DNA of 64,000 nucleotides from a bacterium (GCA_043812655.1 JBDRLW010000046.1:1-64000); one strand, 5' to 3'. Counted from the stretch's first letter, positions 1 to 10,494 are shown. Made by a program: numbers and translations. Notes: generated by a model not told the origin, from the sequence alone.

Positions 1-277
1 TCGCGCTGGGTTTGTGATGATGGCTTGCCTGGCCGTACATGATAAAAAAGCGCCAGATGAGAAATTCCTTCCATTCTTTCTTTTAATTGAAAAATATTCG
101 ACCGATGAGCGGAACTTCGTCAAAAAAGCGGTTAACTGGGCATTGCGACAGATGGGGAAGAGCCGACCAGGTTTGCGGAAAACTGCCACTCAATTAGCCA
201 AAAAATTAGCAGAATCTGAATCTTCCTCTGCGCGTTGGATCGGCAAAGATGCTTTGAGGGAATTGACGAAGGCCTAA
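1..277 (+). CDS. DNA alkylation repair protein (AlkD-like HEAT repeat), 3' part, truncated by window start
   Basis: DERNFVKKAVNWALRQMGK and ARWIGKDALREL are typical of the C-terminus of this family. Confidence 0.75.
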   Translation, partial: RAGFVMMACLAVHDKKAPDEKFLPFFLLIEKYSTDERNFVKKAVNWALRQMGKSRPGLRKTATQLAKKLAESESSSARWIGKDALRELTKA

Positions 278-309
278 TTACGAATTCCGAATTACGAATG
301 ACGAATTTA
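276..309. repeat. 7-bp tandem repeat, left arm (AATTACG consensus) of inverted pair around four-helix-bundle gene
   Basis: AATTACG AATTCCG AATTACG AATGACG AATT read directly. Confidence 0.9.
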
Positions 310-412
310 GGTGTCGCTGCGCGACTTTATTTATAAGTAATTTCTGCTTCGCGATTTTATCAATAAATGATATAATCTTAATAAGAAAAATCATTATTTA
401 AATCACAAATTT

Positions 413-778
413 ATGACTAGAAATTTTGATATTTATGAGCGGTTGTTAAAGTTTGGGATCAGGATAGTTAGAATCTGCAGGATTTTGGCGAAGAATTATG
501 ATAATAGGGTTATTGCGGATCAATTAATAAGGTCAGGGACGTCTGTTGGCGCAAACATGCAGGAGGCTGATTCGGCTTCATCAAGGCGTGATTTTATTAA
601 TAAAGTTACGATCGCAAAAAAGGAAGTCCAGGAGACTAATTATTGGTTAAAAATCATTAAAGGTTCAGAGATGGTAAATAATGAGGTGAATTGCCATGAA
701 ATTGAATCATTAATAATTGAAAGTGCGGAATTAACAAAAATAATCGGATCGATATTAGCAAATACTAAAAATGAATAA
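413..778 (+). CDS. four helix bundle protein (23S rRNA IVP / Avd-like family)
   Basis: 121 aa; DQLIRSGTSVGANMQEA...SRRDFINKVTIAKKEVQETNYWL family signature. Confidence 0.9.
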   Translation: MTRNFDIYERLLKFGIRIVRICRILAKNYDNRVIADQLIRSGTSVGANMQEADSASSRRDFINKVTIAKKEVQETNYWLKIIKGSEMVNNEVNCHEIESLIIESAELTKIIGSILANTKNE

Positions 779-796
779 TATATTAATAAATACATT

Positions 797-830
797 AATT
801 CGTAATTCGGCATTCGTAATTCGTAATTGG
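797..830. repeat. 7-bp tandem repeat, right arm (CGTAATT consensus), reverse complement of 276-309
   Basis: AATTCGT AATTCGG CATTCGT AATTCGT AATTGG; 28/32 match to the left arm after reverse complementing. Confidence 0.9.
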
Positions 831-838
831 AGTCAATT

Positions 839-2392
839 ATGAGCGTAAAACTATTTGACACAACTCTCCGTGATGGCGCCCAGACCGAAGGGATCTCTTT
901 TTCCCTAGAAGACAAGCTGAAGATCGCCAAACTTTTGGATGAATTGGGAATCCATTACATCGAAGGAGGCTGGCCGGGGAGTAATCCTAAAGATATTGAG
1001 TTTTTTAAGGCGATCAAGGATGTTAAATTGAAGCACGCGAAAGTTGTCGCGTTTTCGTCAACCAGACGAGCAGGGATAAAAGTTGAAGAAGATAAAAATA
1101 TCGCGACCCTTTTAGCGGCCGAGACTCCTGTAGTTTCGATCTTTGGCAAAAGCTGGGATTTCCACGTCAAAGACGCGCTCAAAACCACTTTAGAAGAAAA
1201 CCTGGCGATGATCAAAGAGACGATCGTCTACGCGAAAAAAGCGGGGAAAGAAGTAATCTTTGACGCCGAACATTTTTTTGATGGTTATAAAGCCAATCCC
1301 GATTACGCTCTTCAAGTCTTGAAAACTGCCGAAGCAGCCGGTGCCGATGTCCTTTGCCTTTGTGATACCAACGGGGGGGCATTATCTTACGAAGCACAAA
1401 GGATTATTAATGAAGTGAAGCCAAAAGTCAAAGCACCGCTTGGTATTCACGCGCACAATGATTCCGAATGCGCGGTTTCGGTCTCTGGCATGGCGGTCCA
1501 TTGCGGTTGTACCCACGTCCAGGGGACGATCAATGGTTATGGCGAGCGGTGCGGTAATGCTAACTTATGCTCAATTATCCCGTTACTAAAATTAAAGATC
1601 GGGATCAACTGTGTTTCTGACGCGCAATTACAGCGCTTGACCGAGATCTCCCGCCATATCGCGGAAATTGCCAACCTGCCGCAATCGGCCCATCAACCTT
1701 TTGTTGGGCGTTCAGCGTTTTCCCATAAAGGCGGCATCCATGTTTCAGCTGTTGCCAAACATCCCGGTACTTATGAGCACATTAAACCGGAATTGGTCGG
1801 CAATGAACGGCATGTGACGGTGTCGGAACTTTCCGGTGTTAGCAATTTGTTGTATAAGGCAAAGGAATATGGCGTTGACCTCAAAAAAGAATCGCCGGAA
1901 ATAAAAGGCCTGATCAAAACCTTAAAAGAGCTGGAACACCAAGGTTATTCGTTTGAAGAAGGCGAAGCTTCTTTTGAACTATTGGTAAAAAGGACCATGG
2001 GTTTGATCAAGCCATTTTTTGAATTGGAAGAATTTAAAATTGAAACTGATAAGCGGGATGATAGCCCAGCGGTCGTTACGGCCAATGTTAAGCTTAAAGT
2101 TAGGGGGAGCCAAGTGGCTGCGACTGGAGTAGGAGACGGGCCGGTCAACGCGATCGATAATGCCTTAAGAAAAGTCCTCGAAAATATTTATCCAGAAATT
2201 AAAGCGGTCAAATTGACTGATTATAAGGTTAGGGTTTTAAATACTGAAGCGGGAACAGCGGCCAGGGTGCGGGTTTTGATCGAATCGGCGGATGAAACCA
2301 AAATCTGGAATACGGTTGGCGTTTCGACTAATGTTGTTGAGGCCTCGTGGCTGGCGCTCCGCGATTCTATTGAGTATAAGTTGATGAAATAA
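839..2392 (+). CDS. cimA: citramalate synthase (LeuA/CimA family)
   Basis: [46 protein letters not shown] regulatory domain; ATG 839 after GGAG. Confidence 0.85.
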   Translation: MSVKLFDTTLRDGAQTEGISFSLEDKLKIAKLLDELGIHYIEGGWPGSNPKDIEFFKAIKDVKLKHAKVVAFSSTRRAGIKVEEDKNIATLLAAETPVVSIFGKSWDFHVKDALKTTLEENLAMIKETIVYAKKAGKEVIFDAEHFFDGYKANPDYALQVLKTAEAAGADVLCLCDTNGGALSYEAQRIINEVKPKVKAPLGIHAHNDSECAVSVSGMAVHCGCTHVQGTINGYGERCGNANLCSIIPLLKLKIGINCVSDAQLQRLTEISRHIAEIANLPQSAHQPFVGRSAFSHKGGIHVSAVAKHPGTYEHIKPELVGNERHVTVSELSGVSNLLYKAKEYGVDLKKESPEIKGLIKTLKELEHQGYSFEEGEASFELLVKRTMGLIKPFFELEEFKIETDKRDDSPAVVTANVKLKVRGSQVAATGVGDGPVNAIDNALRKVLENIYPEIKAVKLTDYKVRVLNTEAGTAARVRVLIESADETKIWNTVGVSTNVVEASWLALRDSIEYKLMK

Positions 2393-2673
2393 GCTTATTG
2401 TACGAGTTCAATTGTTCAGGGGTTAAAGAGTTAAGTTCTGCCGTGGTTAATTGATTAAAATCGTTCTGCACCTTCACTTTTAATTGGTCCGTCATCTTGG
2501 ACAGATTATTAAAAGCTACTGCTTCATATAAAGACAGGCAAAACGACCTTAATTCAAATCTGGCTGAAGCATCGACATTTTTCTTTACCCATAAAAAACC
2601 GGTTAAATGCGCGAGATGAAAATTTCAGGGGAATTTGGTATTTAGGGATTATTTTTCTTACAAATTATTTTCT

Positions 2674-3432
2674 TTAGGCTGCGGCTAATTCAGATTGCCC
2701 GCAAATCCGATTTCTTCCAGTTGTCTTCGCATAATAAAGACGTTCATCGGCTTTTTTGACTAATTCTTTCGCGCTTGTTACGGTCTTGTCAAGTTGTGCG
2801 ACACCGCCACTAATGGTCTTTTTGATTAATTCCCTGGTTCCTTGATTAGTATCAATTATAAAGGTATGCGTTTCGACTAATTCCCTTATTTTTGTAGCAA
2901 CAATATTTGCTCCATTTTCATCGGTTTCTGGTAGAACAGCGATAAATTCTTCTCCTCCAAATCTGATCAGCTTGTCAACATTGGCTCTGGTATGAGTTCT
3001 GATTATTTCGGCTAAGGCTTTCAAGACTTGGTCTCCGGCTATATGTCCATAAGTATCATTGACATTTTTAAAATGATCAATATCAAACACGACAATACTA
3101 ATGGGGCGTTGATTCCTATTTGAGCGACTAATTTCTGCTTCGAGCACCGATAAACCATAGGCCTTCGTTAGGAAGCCAGTAAAAGCATCAATGCCGACTT
3201 GGGCTTCAAGTTCTTTTATCCTTGTTTGAGCGGCCGCTAATTGTTGGCCTAATGCTTCAATTTGCGTTTGCAGTGGATGGACGACAATCGGGTCTATCTT
3301 AATCATATTAGGCGGTGAAACAATTGGAATATGGGCAGATGGAGCGGTTAAGTGCCTCGCGACACCTTTGGCGGTATTAACTACTTGGCGGGCAACTTCT
3401 AGGCTTCTACCAGTTATATTTTTGACAATCAT
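2674..3432 (-). CDS. diguanylate cyclase (GGDEF domain) with coiled-coil N-terminus
   Basis: DIDHFKNVNDTYGHIAGD, RFGGEEF, ADERLYYAKTTGRN. Confidence 0.9.
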   Translation of the reverse strand: MIVKNITGRSLEVARQVVNTAKGVARHLTAPSAHIPIVSPPNMIKIDPIVVHPLQTQIEALGQQLAAAQTRIKELEAQVGIDAFTGFLTKAYGLSVLEAEISRSNRNQRPISIVVFDIDHFKNVNDTYGHIAGDQVLKALAEIIRTHTRANVDKLIRFGGEEFIAVLPETDENGANIVATKIRELVETHTFIIDTNQGTRELIKKTISGGVAQLDKTVTSAKELVKKADERLYYAKTTGRNRICGQSELAAA

Positions 3433-3518
3433 ATGTTGTTCCCTCCATCTATATATCGTTAAAAACTTTGAATAATTTCACTTTTTTGGCTGGTATTATG
3501 AGCGGGGAAAAGCTGATT

Positions 3519-4055
3519 TTAGCTTAGAAAGGAGGCTACATATTGGGCATATTCTCTGAATATTATTTTATCTTCTGGGCTGATATAACTTGGTTTATCT
3601 TTTGGTTCAGTGAAGAGAACGATCGCGCCAAGAACTTTATTACCTTTATCTAATAAAGGAACAGCCAGACAGGTTTTTCCTTCATCAACCAATAATACTT
3701 CTTGCCGGGTATTCATGGCTTGCATAGAAGCGATAAATTCTGGATCGCCCTCGACTTTGACTCTTCCCGGTAGGCTTTGAATTAATAGCGTGACATCTGT
3801 TTTCTCTCCGGAGAAAGCATGAGCAAAATCAGTCCTAGCAAAAGCCTTTTCGTCCTTATAGGTAAGATGGTCAAAGCGGACATCATATCCAGGTAATACT
3901 TCTAATATAAGAGAAGCAACCTGCATCCCAGACCATGAAGGATTGGTAAAGATTGTTTTAAGTTTGGCAAAGACGGATTGTACTGTCGCACCAGAGTTAG
4001 GGCTGACCAGCCTTAAATGTGTTGGGGTTTGTCTTCTGCCTATACCATCAACCAT
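3519..4055 (-). CDS. hypothetical protein with GAF-like C-terminal domain
   Basis: CLAVPLLDKGNKVLGAIVLF resembles the GAF core strands. Confidence 0.5.
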   Translation of the reverse strand: MVDGIGRRQTPTHLRLVSPNSGATVQSVFAKLKTIFTNPSWSGMQVASLILEVLPGYDVRFDHLTYKDEKAFARTDFAHAFSGEKTDVTLLIQSLPGRVKVEGDPEFIASMQAMNTRQEVLLVDEGKTCLAVPLLDKGNKVLGAIVLFTEPKDKPSYISPEDKIIFREYAQYVASFLS

Positions 4056-4161
4056 GAAAAACTCCTTAATAATTGATTTTCCTACAATGTGTTTTCTACC
4101 GATAATCCGGAAAATTTCACTCTATTTTAATCCCCGGCCTAATATGTTACAATTTTGAAGC

Positions 4162-5418
4162 ATGAGCCTACCTTTAACAGCAAAAGTAAATGGTAAAAAC
4201 CACCTGGAAGTTGGCGGCTGCGATGTCGTTGAATTGGCCAAAAAATATGGGACTCCCCTTTATATTATTGACGAAGATGCCCTGCGGAATAATTGTCGCG
4301 GCTATTTAACCGCTTTTAGGGATCAATATCCCAATACTGAAATTTGCTTTGCCAGCAAAGCTTTATGCGCAACCGGGATCGCCAAGATCATCGCTGACGA
4401 AGGGCTTGGATTTGACGTCTCTTCCGGCGGTGAACTTTATACTGTTTTAAAAGCGGGGGCAGATCCAGCCAAGATTGTTTTTCACGGGAATAATAAAACA
4501 CTAAGTGAAATCGAAGAAGGCTTAAAAGCGGGGATTGGCTACTTTGCGGTTGATAATGAAGAAGAGTTGGCTAATCTTGATAAAGCCGCGGGGAAACTCC
4601 ACAAGCAAGCCAAAATTATTATTCGGATCAATCCGGGGATCGATGCTCATACCCATGAATTTATCCAGACCGGCAAGATCGATTCTAAGTTTGGTGTCCC
4701 TTCCGACCAACTGGAAGATTTTATTGCCAAGGTCCAAAAGAAGAAAAATATTAAACTCGAAGGTTTTCATGCCCACATCGGCTCGCAAATACTAGATATT
4801 AAGCCGTTTGTCGAAGAAGCAAAGATCCTTCTCCAATTAACGGAAAAATATAAAACCGGGATAATAAATATTGGGGGGGGCCTAGGGATCTCATATTTGC
4901 CAGACCAAAAGCCGCCGCTCTTAGTCGATTTTGCCAAAGAGATCATTAATGAAATTAAGGGGAAGACAGAGGCTAAACTGATCCTAGAACCGGGACGGTC
5001 AATTATTGGCGCGACTGGGGTGACTGTTTATACTGTCGGCGTAGTGAAAGATATTCCCGGGATCCGCAAATATGTGATCGTTGATGGCGGGATGTCCGAC
5101 AATCCGCGGCCAATCCTTTATGATGCTAAATATGAAGCGCTGCTGGCTAATAAGGCAGGGGACGAGGGTGAAGAGACTGTTACGGTCGCTGGACGGTTCT
5201 GCGAATCGGGCGACATCTTGATCAAAGATGTTAAATTACCAAAGATCGCGGCTTCCGACTTGCTGGTGATGACTTGTACCGGAGCTTATACTTACTCAAT
5301 GGCGTCGAATTATAACCGAGTTCCAAGGCCAGCAATGGTTTCCGTCAGTAAAGGCAGATCAACTCTTTTGATCAAAAGAGAAAGCTATAAGGATTTGGTA
5401 ATTAACGATGCCGTTTGA
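4162..5418 (+). CDS. lysA: diaminopimelate decarboxylase
   Basis: FASKA (PLP Lys), HIGSQ, EPGRS, GRFCESGD, MASNYN. Confidence 0.95.
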   Translation: MSLPLTAKVNGKNHLEVGGCDVVELAKKYGTPLYIIDEDALRNNCRGYLTAFRDQYPNTEICFASKALCATGIAKIIADEGLGFDVSSGGELYTVLKAGADPAKIVFHGNNKTLSEIEEGLKAGIGYFAVDNEEELANLDKAAGKLHKQAKIIIRINPGIDAHTHEFIQTGKIDSKFGVPSDQLEDFIAKVQKKKNIKLEGFHAHIGSQILDIKPFVEEAKILLQLTEKYKTGIINIGGGLGISYLPDQKPPLLVDFAKEIINEIKGKTEAKLILEPGRSIIGATGVTVYTVGVVKDIPGIRKYVIVDGGMSDNPRPILYDAKYEALLANKAGDEGEETVTVAGRFCESGDILIKDVKLPKIAASDLLVMTCTGAYTYSMASNYNRVPRPAMVSVSKGRSTLLIKRESYKDLVINDAV

Positions 5419-6196
5419 ACTCCATCTAGTTGATTTGATCGATATCGCCATTGTTACCTTTATCCTCTATTATATTTTGCTTTGGCTGCAAGGGACCAGG
5501 GCGATCTCCCTGATCCGCGGCTTTGTTCTGATCCTGGCGGTTTACGTTATTGGGCGGGTTTTTGGGCTGTCGACCATCAATTGGCTGTTTGACCGCTTTG
5601 CAGCGATCATCGCGGTCATGCTAATTATTCTTTTTCAACCGGAACTGCGGCGGATGCTTGAGCGCTTTGGCCGCGGCCAATTGATAAATGTTGCCATGGC
5701 GCCGCACAGCAGTTATTTTATCCGGCACATCGTTAGGGCGGTTGAGCAGATGGCGGAACAAAAGATCGGGGCTTTGATCGTAGTTGAGCGGTTGACCGGT
5801 TTAACCGAGTATTTGGAATCAGGCGTTAAACTTGACGCGGTTATTTCGTCGGAATTGCTCCTTTCTATTTTTAATCCGGAATCGCCGCTCCATGATGGCG
5901 CGGTGGTGCTCCAGGGTGAGAGGATCTTGGCGGCCAGCACTCTTTTGCCGATCTCCGAGAACCGGCTGTTAGATAAGCGTTTGGGTACAAGGCATCGGGC
6001 GGCCGTTGGGGTGTCCGAATTATCAGATGCCTTGGCGATCGTCGTGTCAGAAAAGACCGGGACGATCTCGATCGCTGAAAACGGCTACTTGACCCAACAC
6101 TTAACCCGTGATGTTTTAGAAAAAAAACTTTTTTCCCTCTATAAATCCGATAAAGCCAAAAATAATTTTTTCCACTGGAACCGATGGAAAAAATAA
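5408..6196 (+). CDS. dacA: diadenylate cyclase CdaA/DacA
   Basis: three N-terminal TM segments, FQPELRR, PLHDGA, GTRHRAA. Confidence 0.92.
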   Translation: MPFELHLVDLIDIAIVTFILYYILLWLQGTRAISLIRGFVLILAVYVIGRVFGLSTINWLFDRFAAIIAVMLIILFQPELRRMLERFGRGQLINVAMAPHSSYFIRHIVRAVEQMAEQKIGALIVVERLTGLTEYLESGVKLDAVISSELLLSIFNPESPLHDGAVVLQGERILAASTLLPISENRLLDKRLGTRHRAAVGVSELSDALAIVVSEKTGTISIAENGYLTQHLTRDVLEKKLFSLYKSDKAKNNFFHWNRWKK

Positions 6197-6939
6197 CCTT
6201 AAAACAAATTCAAGCGGCAAAATCCAAACGTCAAAAAATGACGATGTTGACAGCCTATGACCATCCGTTCGCTAAAATCCTTGATGAGGCTGGCGTCGAT
6301 ATTATTTTAATCGGCGATTCTCTTGGCAATGTTGCTTTAGGCTATAAAAATACTTTACCGGTGACGATGGAAGAGATGGTCATTCATGCCAAAGCCGTGG
6401 CGAGAGGAACGAGACGGGCCTTGGTCGTGGCTGATATGCCGTTTGGTTCTTACCAAAAAAATGACGAAGAAGCGGTGGGTAATGCGATTAAATTGATCAA
6501 AGCAGGCGTTAACGCGGTAAAAGTTGAGGGAAGTGGTTATCTGCCGGCCATTAAAAAGATCATTAAAGCCGGCATTCCAGTAATGGGGCACCTTGGCTTT
6601 ACGCCGCAGTCGGTAAACTTGATAGGGTGTAGGGTGCAGGGGGTAGGTAGTAGAGAAGAAAAACGATTGTTGAAAGAAGCTAAAGAACTGGAAAAAGCCG
6701 GATGTTTTGCCCTGGTTCTTGAGTTGATCCCGGAAAAATTAGCGTCTAAAATAACTAAATCCGTCAAGATCCCGACGTTTGGGATCGGTGCTGGTAATAA
6801 AACAGACGGACAGGTTTTGGTAACGAATGATCTCTTGGGGCTTAATGATTGGCAGCCGAAATTTGTTAAACCAGAAGCAAACTTGCGACAGATTTCTTTT
6901 AAAGCAATAAAAATTTTTATTTATAGATCTATAGGATAA
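6184..6939 (+). CDS. panB: 3-methyl-2-oxobutanoate hydroxymethyltransferase
   Basis: MLTAYD, LIGDSLG, ADMPFGSY, VKVEG, GHLGFTPQ, GIGAG. Confidence 0.95.
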   Translation: MEKITLKQIQAAKSKRQKMTMLTAYDHPFAKILDEAGVDIILIGDSLGNVALGYKNTLPVTMEEMVIHAKAVARGTRRALVVADMPFGSYQKNDEEAVGNAIKLIKAGVNAVKVEGSGYLPAIKKIIKAGIPVMGHLGFTPQSVNLIGCRVQGVGSREEKRLLKEAKELEKAGCFALVLELIPEKLASKITKSVKIPTFGIGAGNKTDGQVLVTNDLLGLNDWQPKFVKPEANLRQISFKAIKIFIYRSIG

Positions 6940-7013
6940 GTCCCTGTAGCTCAGATGGATAGAGCGGTGGATTCCTAATCCGCAGGCCGCGAGTTCAAAT
7001 CTCGCCAGGGACA
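6940..7013 (+). tRNA. tRNA-Arg(CCT), CCA not encoded
   Basis: acceptor GTCCCTG/CAGGGAC, D-arm TAGCTCAG..GGATAGAGC, anticodon arm GTGGA-TTCCTAA-TCCGC, T-loop GTTCAAATC. Confidence 0.95.
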
Positions 7014-7022
7014 TTTTATATT

Positions 7023-7673
7023 ATGAAACATGAAGACAAATTAAAAGCGATTGAATTAAGGAATAAAGGACAAAGTTATAGGGATATTTTGAGCGTTGTT
7101 AAAGTGTCAAAAGGGACTTTAAGCGCTTGGTTAAAGGAAATTCCTCTTACAAATGAGCAAAAAGGTCATTTACAGGGAAGAATGAGATCGAGACATGAAG
7201 GCTCAAAGGCAAACCAGAAAAAAGCTGACGAACGAAAACATAAAATATTTACTCTAGCAAAAAATGAAGTTGGCTGCCATATTAAAGAACCATTATTTGT
7301 CGCTGGTTTAATGCTTTATTGGGCTGAAGGGACGAAAAACGGAAATACAGTTGCTTTTACCAATTCTGATCCAGAAATGATAAAGTTAATAATGAGGTGG
7401 TTTAGGAAGATTTGTAAGGTTCCAGAAAATAAATTTAGGGTTTTAATTTTTATTCATTCTTTGATGGTAAATGAAAAATGGCAAGAGAAATGGGTTGAAA
7501 TTACCGGTATTCCAGCCGCTCAATTCATTCGTCCGTATATTAAACCAAGTATAACAAAACATCGGAAAAATAAATTGTATAATGGAACTTGTGCGATCAG
7601 GATCTCTGATAAAGATCTTTTTGAAAAAATAAAAGGCTGGCAGAAAGGATTTCAGGAACATTTACATGTCTAA
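7023..7673 (+). CDS. HTH + LAGLIDADG-like domain protein
   Basis: N-terminal HTH (LRNKGQSYRDI..VSKGTLSAWL); AGLMLYWAEG and FTNSDPEMIK resemble LAGLIDADG-type motifs; AT-rich. Confidence 0.6.
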   Translation: MKHEDKLKAIELRNKGQSYRDILSVVKVSKGTLSAWLKEIPLTNEQKGHLQGRMRSRHEGSKANQKKADERKHKIFTLAKNEVGCHIKEPLFVAGLMLYWAEGTKNGNTVAFTNSDPEMIKLIMRWFRKICKVPENKFRVLIFIHSLMVNEKWQEKWVEITGIPAAQFIRPYIKPSITKHRKNKLYNGTCAIRISDKDLFEKIKGWQKGFQEHLHV

Positions 7674-8175
7674 TATCATATTGATCGGATTTATGGGGTC
7701 GGGAAAAACAGCTGTTGGCCAAGCTTTGGCCAAGGAGCTGGGTTATGCCTTTATTGATACCGATGAGATCATTGAAACCGGTGAAAAGCGGACGATCGGT
7801 AATATTTTTATGACCGAAGGGGAAGAGTATTTTCGGGGACTTGAGACTAATGCCCTAAAAAGCCTCACGGGGATCGATCAAACGATCGTGTCTACCGGAG
7901 GCGGGATAATCCTCAAAGAAGAAAATTTGCCACTTTTAAAGGGACTAGGTAAAGTTGTATATTTATCGGCCAGCCACGAAGTTATTTACGACCGGATAAA
8001 AGATGAGACGCATCGGCCGCTCCTTAGGGTGAGTGACCCCAAAAAAGAGATCGGTGACCTTTTAGCAAAAAGGGAAGAAAAATACAAAAAAGCGGCTGAT
8101 ATTATTATCGATACGTCGGGCAAAGAAGTCGATGTGATCGTAAGGGAGTTGATCAAATGGCAAAGATCAAAGTAG
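7666..8175 (+). CDS. aroK: shikimate kinase
   Basis: GFMGSGKT P-loop, GEEYFR, STGGG, RPLL. Confidence 0.95.
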   Translation: MSNIILIGFMGSGKTAVGQALAKELGYAFIDTDEIIETGEKRTIGNIFMTEGEEYFRGLETNALKSLTGIDQTIVSTGGGIILKEENLPLLKGLGKVVYLSASHEVIYDRIKDETHRPLLRVSDPKKEIGDLLAKREEKYKKAADIIIDTSGKEVDVIVRELIKWQRSK

Positions 8176-9266
8176 ATCTAAAAGATCGCAGTTATGAGAT
8201 CGTGATCGGGACCGGTATATTAGCTGATCTGGGAAAAATGATCCCGAGCCATAAAACCAACCGGAAAGTCATTATTATTACCGACCCCTTGGTTAATGAC
8301 TTGTATGGGGCGGAAGTCAGGAAAACCTTGACGGGTCGGGTCTCAACCATTGAGCTTCCCCGCGGCGAACGCTATAAAGACCTGCGTGCTGCCGCCAAAT
8401 TATATGATGAACTGGTCAAGCTTGACGCCCACCGCGATTCTTTAATAATTGCCCTGGGCGGCGGAGTGATCGGCGACCTGGCCGGATTTGTGGCGGCAAC
8501 CTATATGCGCGGGATCGATTATGTTAATGTCCCGACCACGCTGCTTGCCCAAGTTGACGCGTCGATCGGCGGCAAGACTGGAGTGAACCATCCAAAATGT
8601 AAAAATCTGATCGGTTGTTTCTACCAGCCAAAGCTGGTCTATATTGACGTAAAAACGCTAAGCACTTTGCCGGCCAGGGAACTGCGGACAGGCCTGGCGG
8701 AAGTAGTGAAATACGGCGTCATTAAAGACGCGGAATTCTTTAGGTTTCTTGAAGCCAATGCCCACCATTTAAATACTAAAGCGTTTGAAGAAGAGGACAC
8801 TAAGCGGGCGGCGCTAAAACTGTGGCAGTCGATCGTGACCGAATCGGCCCAGATAAAAGCTGACGTAGTTGGAAAAGACGAGCGGGAATCGGGTTACAGG
8901 ATGATCTTAAATTATGGGCATACTTTGGGCCACGCGATCGAATCGCTGACCCGTTATCAATCTTATAATCATGGCGAGGCAGTGGCGGTTGGGATGGTGG
9001 GGGCGGCAATGGTAGCGGAGAAACTAGGGCTTTTAGACCAGGTTTTAGTTGAGAGGATCAGGACACTGCCGCAAAAACTGGCTTTACCGGTCGAGATCAA
9101 AGGTCTATCGGCTAAAAACATCATCGCGGCCATGGGACTTGATAAAAAGGTCAGTTCGGATAAAATAAATTTTGTTTTGCCGGAAAAGATCGGTAAAGTG
9201 GTGATCCGCGACGATGTTTCGCCTGACATTATAAAGCAAGTTTTAACAGGCTTAGGTGCGAAATGA
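8157..9266 (+). CDS. aroB: 3-dehydroquinate synthase
   Basis: [40 protein letters not shown]. Confidence 0.95.
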   Translation: MAKIKVDLKDRSYEIVIGTGILADLGKMIPSHKTNRKVIIITDPLVNDLYGAEVRKTLTGRVSTIELPRGERYKDLRAAAKLYDELVKLDAHRDSLIIALGGGVIGDLAGFVAATYMRGIDYVNVPTTLLAQVDASIGGKTGVNHPKCKNLIGCFYQPKLVYIDVKTLSTLPARELRTGLAEVVKYGVIKDAEFFRFLEANAHHLNTKAFEEEDTKRAALKLWQSIVTESAQIKADVVGKDERESGYRMILNYGHTLGHAIESLTRYQSYNHGEAVAVGMVGAAMVAEKLGLLDQVLVERIRTLPQKLALPVEIKGLSAKNIIAAMGLDKKVSSDKINFVLPEKIGKVVIRDDVSPDIIKQVLTGLGAK

Positions 9267-10429
9267 AAAGTATTGAAGAACAATTGGACATTATTAGTCG
9301 TGGCAGTGCCGAATTAATCCCTGCCAATGATTTTGCCAATAAATTAAAAGAAGGAAAGTCGCTTCGGATCAAATGGGGGGCAGACCCATCAGCGCCTGAT
9401 CTCCACCTGGGGCATACTGTTGTTTTAAATAAATTACGGCAATTTCAAGACTTAGGACATAAGGTTGTGTTTATTATTGGCGATTATACCGCTATGATCG
9501 GCGATCCGACAGGAAAATCAGAAACCAGGAAAGCTTTCTCAAAAAAAGAGGTTGAAAACAATGCCCGGACATATCAAGCCCAGGTCTTCAAAATCTTAGA
9601 TAAGAATAAGACGGAAGTTGTATATAACAGTAAATGGCTTTCTGGTCTCAAAATGGATGACATGATAAAACTGGCCGGAAAATATACCGTGGCGAGGATG
9701 CTTGAGCGTGACGATTTCAGTAAACGTTTTAACAGCCAAAAACCGATCTCGATCCATGAATTCCTTTATCCTTTGATCCAAGGTTATGATTCGATCCTTG
9801 TCAAAGCCGATGTTGAAGTTGGCGGGACTGATCAAAAATTCAATATGTTAGTCGGCCGGGAACTGCAAAGGGAAGAAGGCTTAAATCCTCAGGTTATTTT
9901 GACTATGCCGATCCTGGAAGGGACTGATGGCGTTCAAAAGATGAGTAAGTCCTTAAATAATTATATTGGTATAACGGAGGCGCCCAAAGAAATATTTGGC
10001 AAAACAATGTCTATTTCGGATGTATTAATGCTCCGTTATTATGAGCTTTTAACTGATGTAAGCTTAGATGAAGTTAAAGCCATGCATCCGAAAGAAGCGA
10101 AGATGAAGTTGGCTAGTTTGTTAGTTGGTAAGTATTATGGGGAGAAAGAGGCAAGGAAGGCAGAAGAAGAGTTTGAGGCGGTTTTTAAGCAAGGCGGGTT
10201 GCCTGATAAGATCGAACTTTGCAAACTAGCCAAGAAAACGATAAATATTGTTGAATTATTGGCGGAGACAAAGCTGGCGCCGTCAAAAACCGAAGCCAAG
10301 CGGCTGATCAGCCAGGGTGGGGTATCGGTTGATAATGAAGTTGTTAAAGATGAGAAGCTGGAAATTGATCTGTCTTCAGAGAAGCTGCTAAAAGTTGGGA
10401 AACGCAAGTTCTTAAAAGTTTCACATTAA
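9263..10429 (+). CDS. tyrS: tyrosine--tRNA ligase
   Basis: [23 protein letters not shown]-terminal S4 domain. Confidence 0.95.
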   Translation: MKSIEEQLDIISRGSAELIPANDFANKLKEGKSLRIKWGADPSAPDLHLGHTVVLNKLRQFQDLGHKVVFIIGDYTAMIGDPTGKSETRKAFSKKEVENNARTYQAQVFKILDKNKTEVVYNSKWLSGLKMDDMIKLAGKYTVARMLERDDFSKRFNSQKPISIHEFLYPLIQGYDSILVKADVEVGGTDQKFNMLVGRELQREEGLNPQVILTMPILEGTDGVQKMSKSLNNYIGITEAPKEIFGKTMSISDVLMLRYYELLTDVSLDEVKAMHPKEAKMKLASLLVGKYYGEKEARKAEEEFEAVFKQGGLPDKIELCKLAKKTINIVELLAETKLAPSKTEAKRLISQGGVSVDNEVVKDEKLEIDLSSEKLLKVGKRKFLKVSH

Positions 10430-10435
10430 TAGTAC

Positions 10436-10491
10436 TTGACCTATCTGATCTGTTTTATTATAATGTTCACCAGGTGAACATATAGTGAACA
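10436..10491 (+). promoter_or_regulatory. sigma70 promoter plus palindromic operator
   Basis: TTGACC-17bp-TATAAT (10436-10464) followed by TGTTCAC-CAG-GTGAACA and an extra GTGAACA at 10485. Confidence 0.75.
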
Positions 10492-10494
10492 ACA

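Noticed and set aside
413..778. Diversity-generating retroelement (Avd-like gene)
   Set aside because: No reverse transcriptase and no TR/VR repeat pair seen in the window
276..830. CRISPR array
   Set aside because: Repeats are 7-bp tandem units without spacers; no cas genes
6739..7014. 91-aa minus-strand ORF
   Set aside because: Antisense shadow of the tRNA and the panB end
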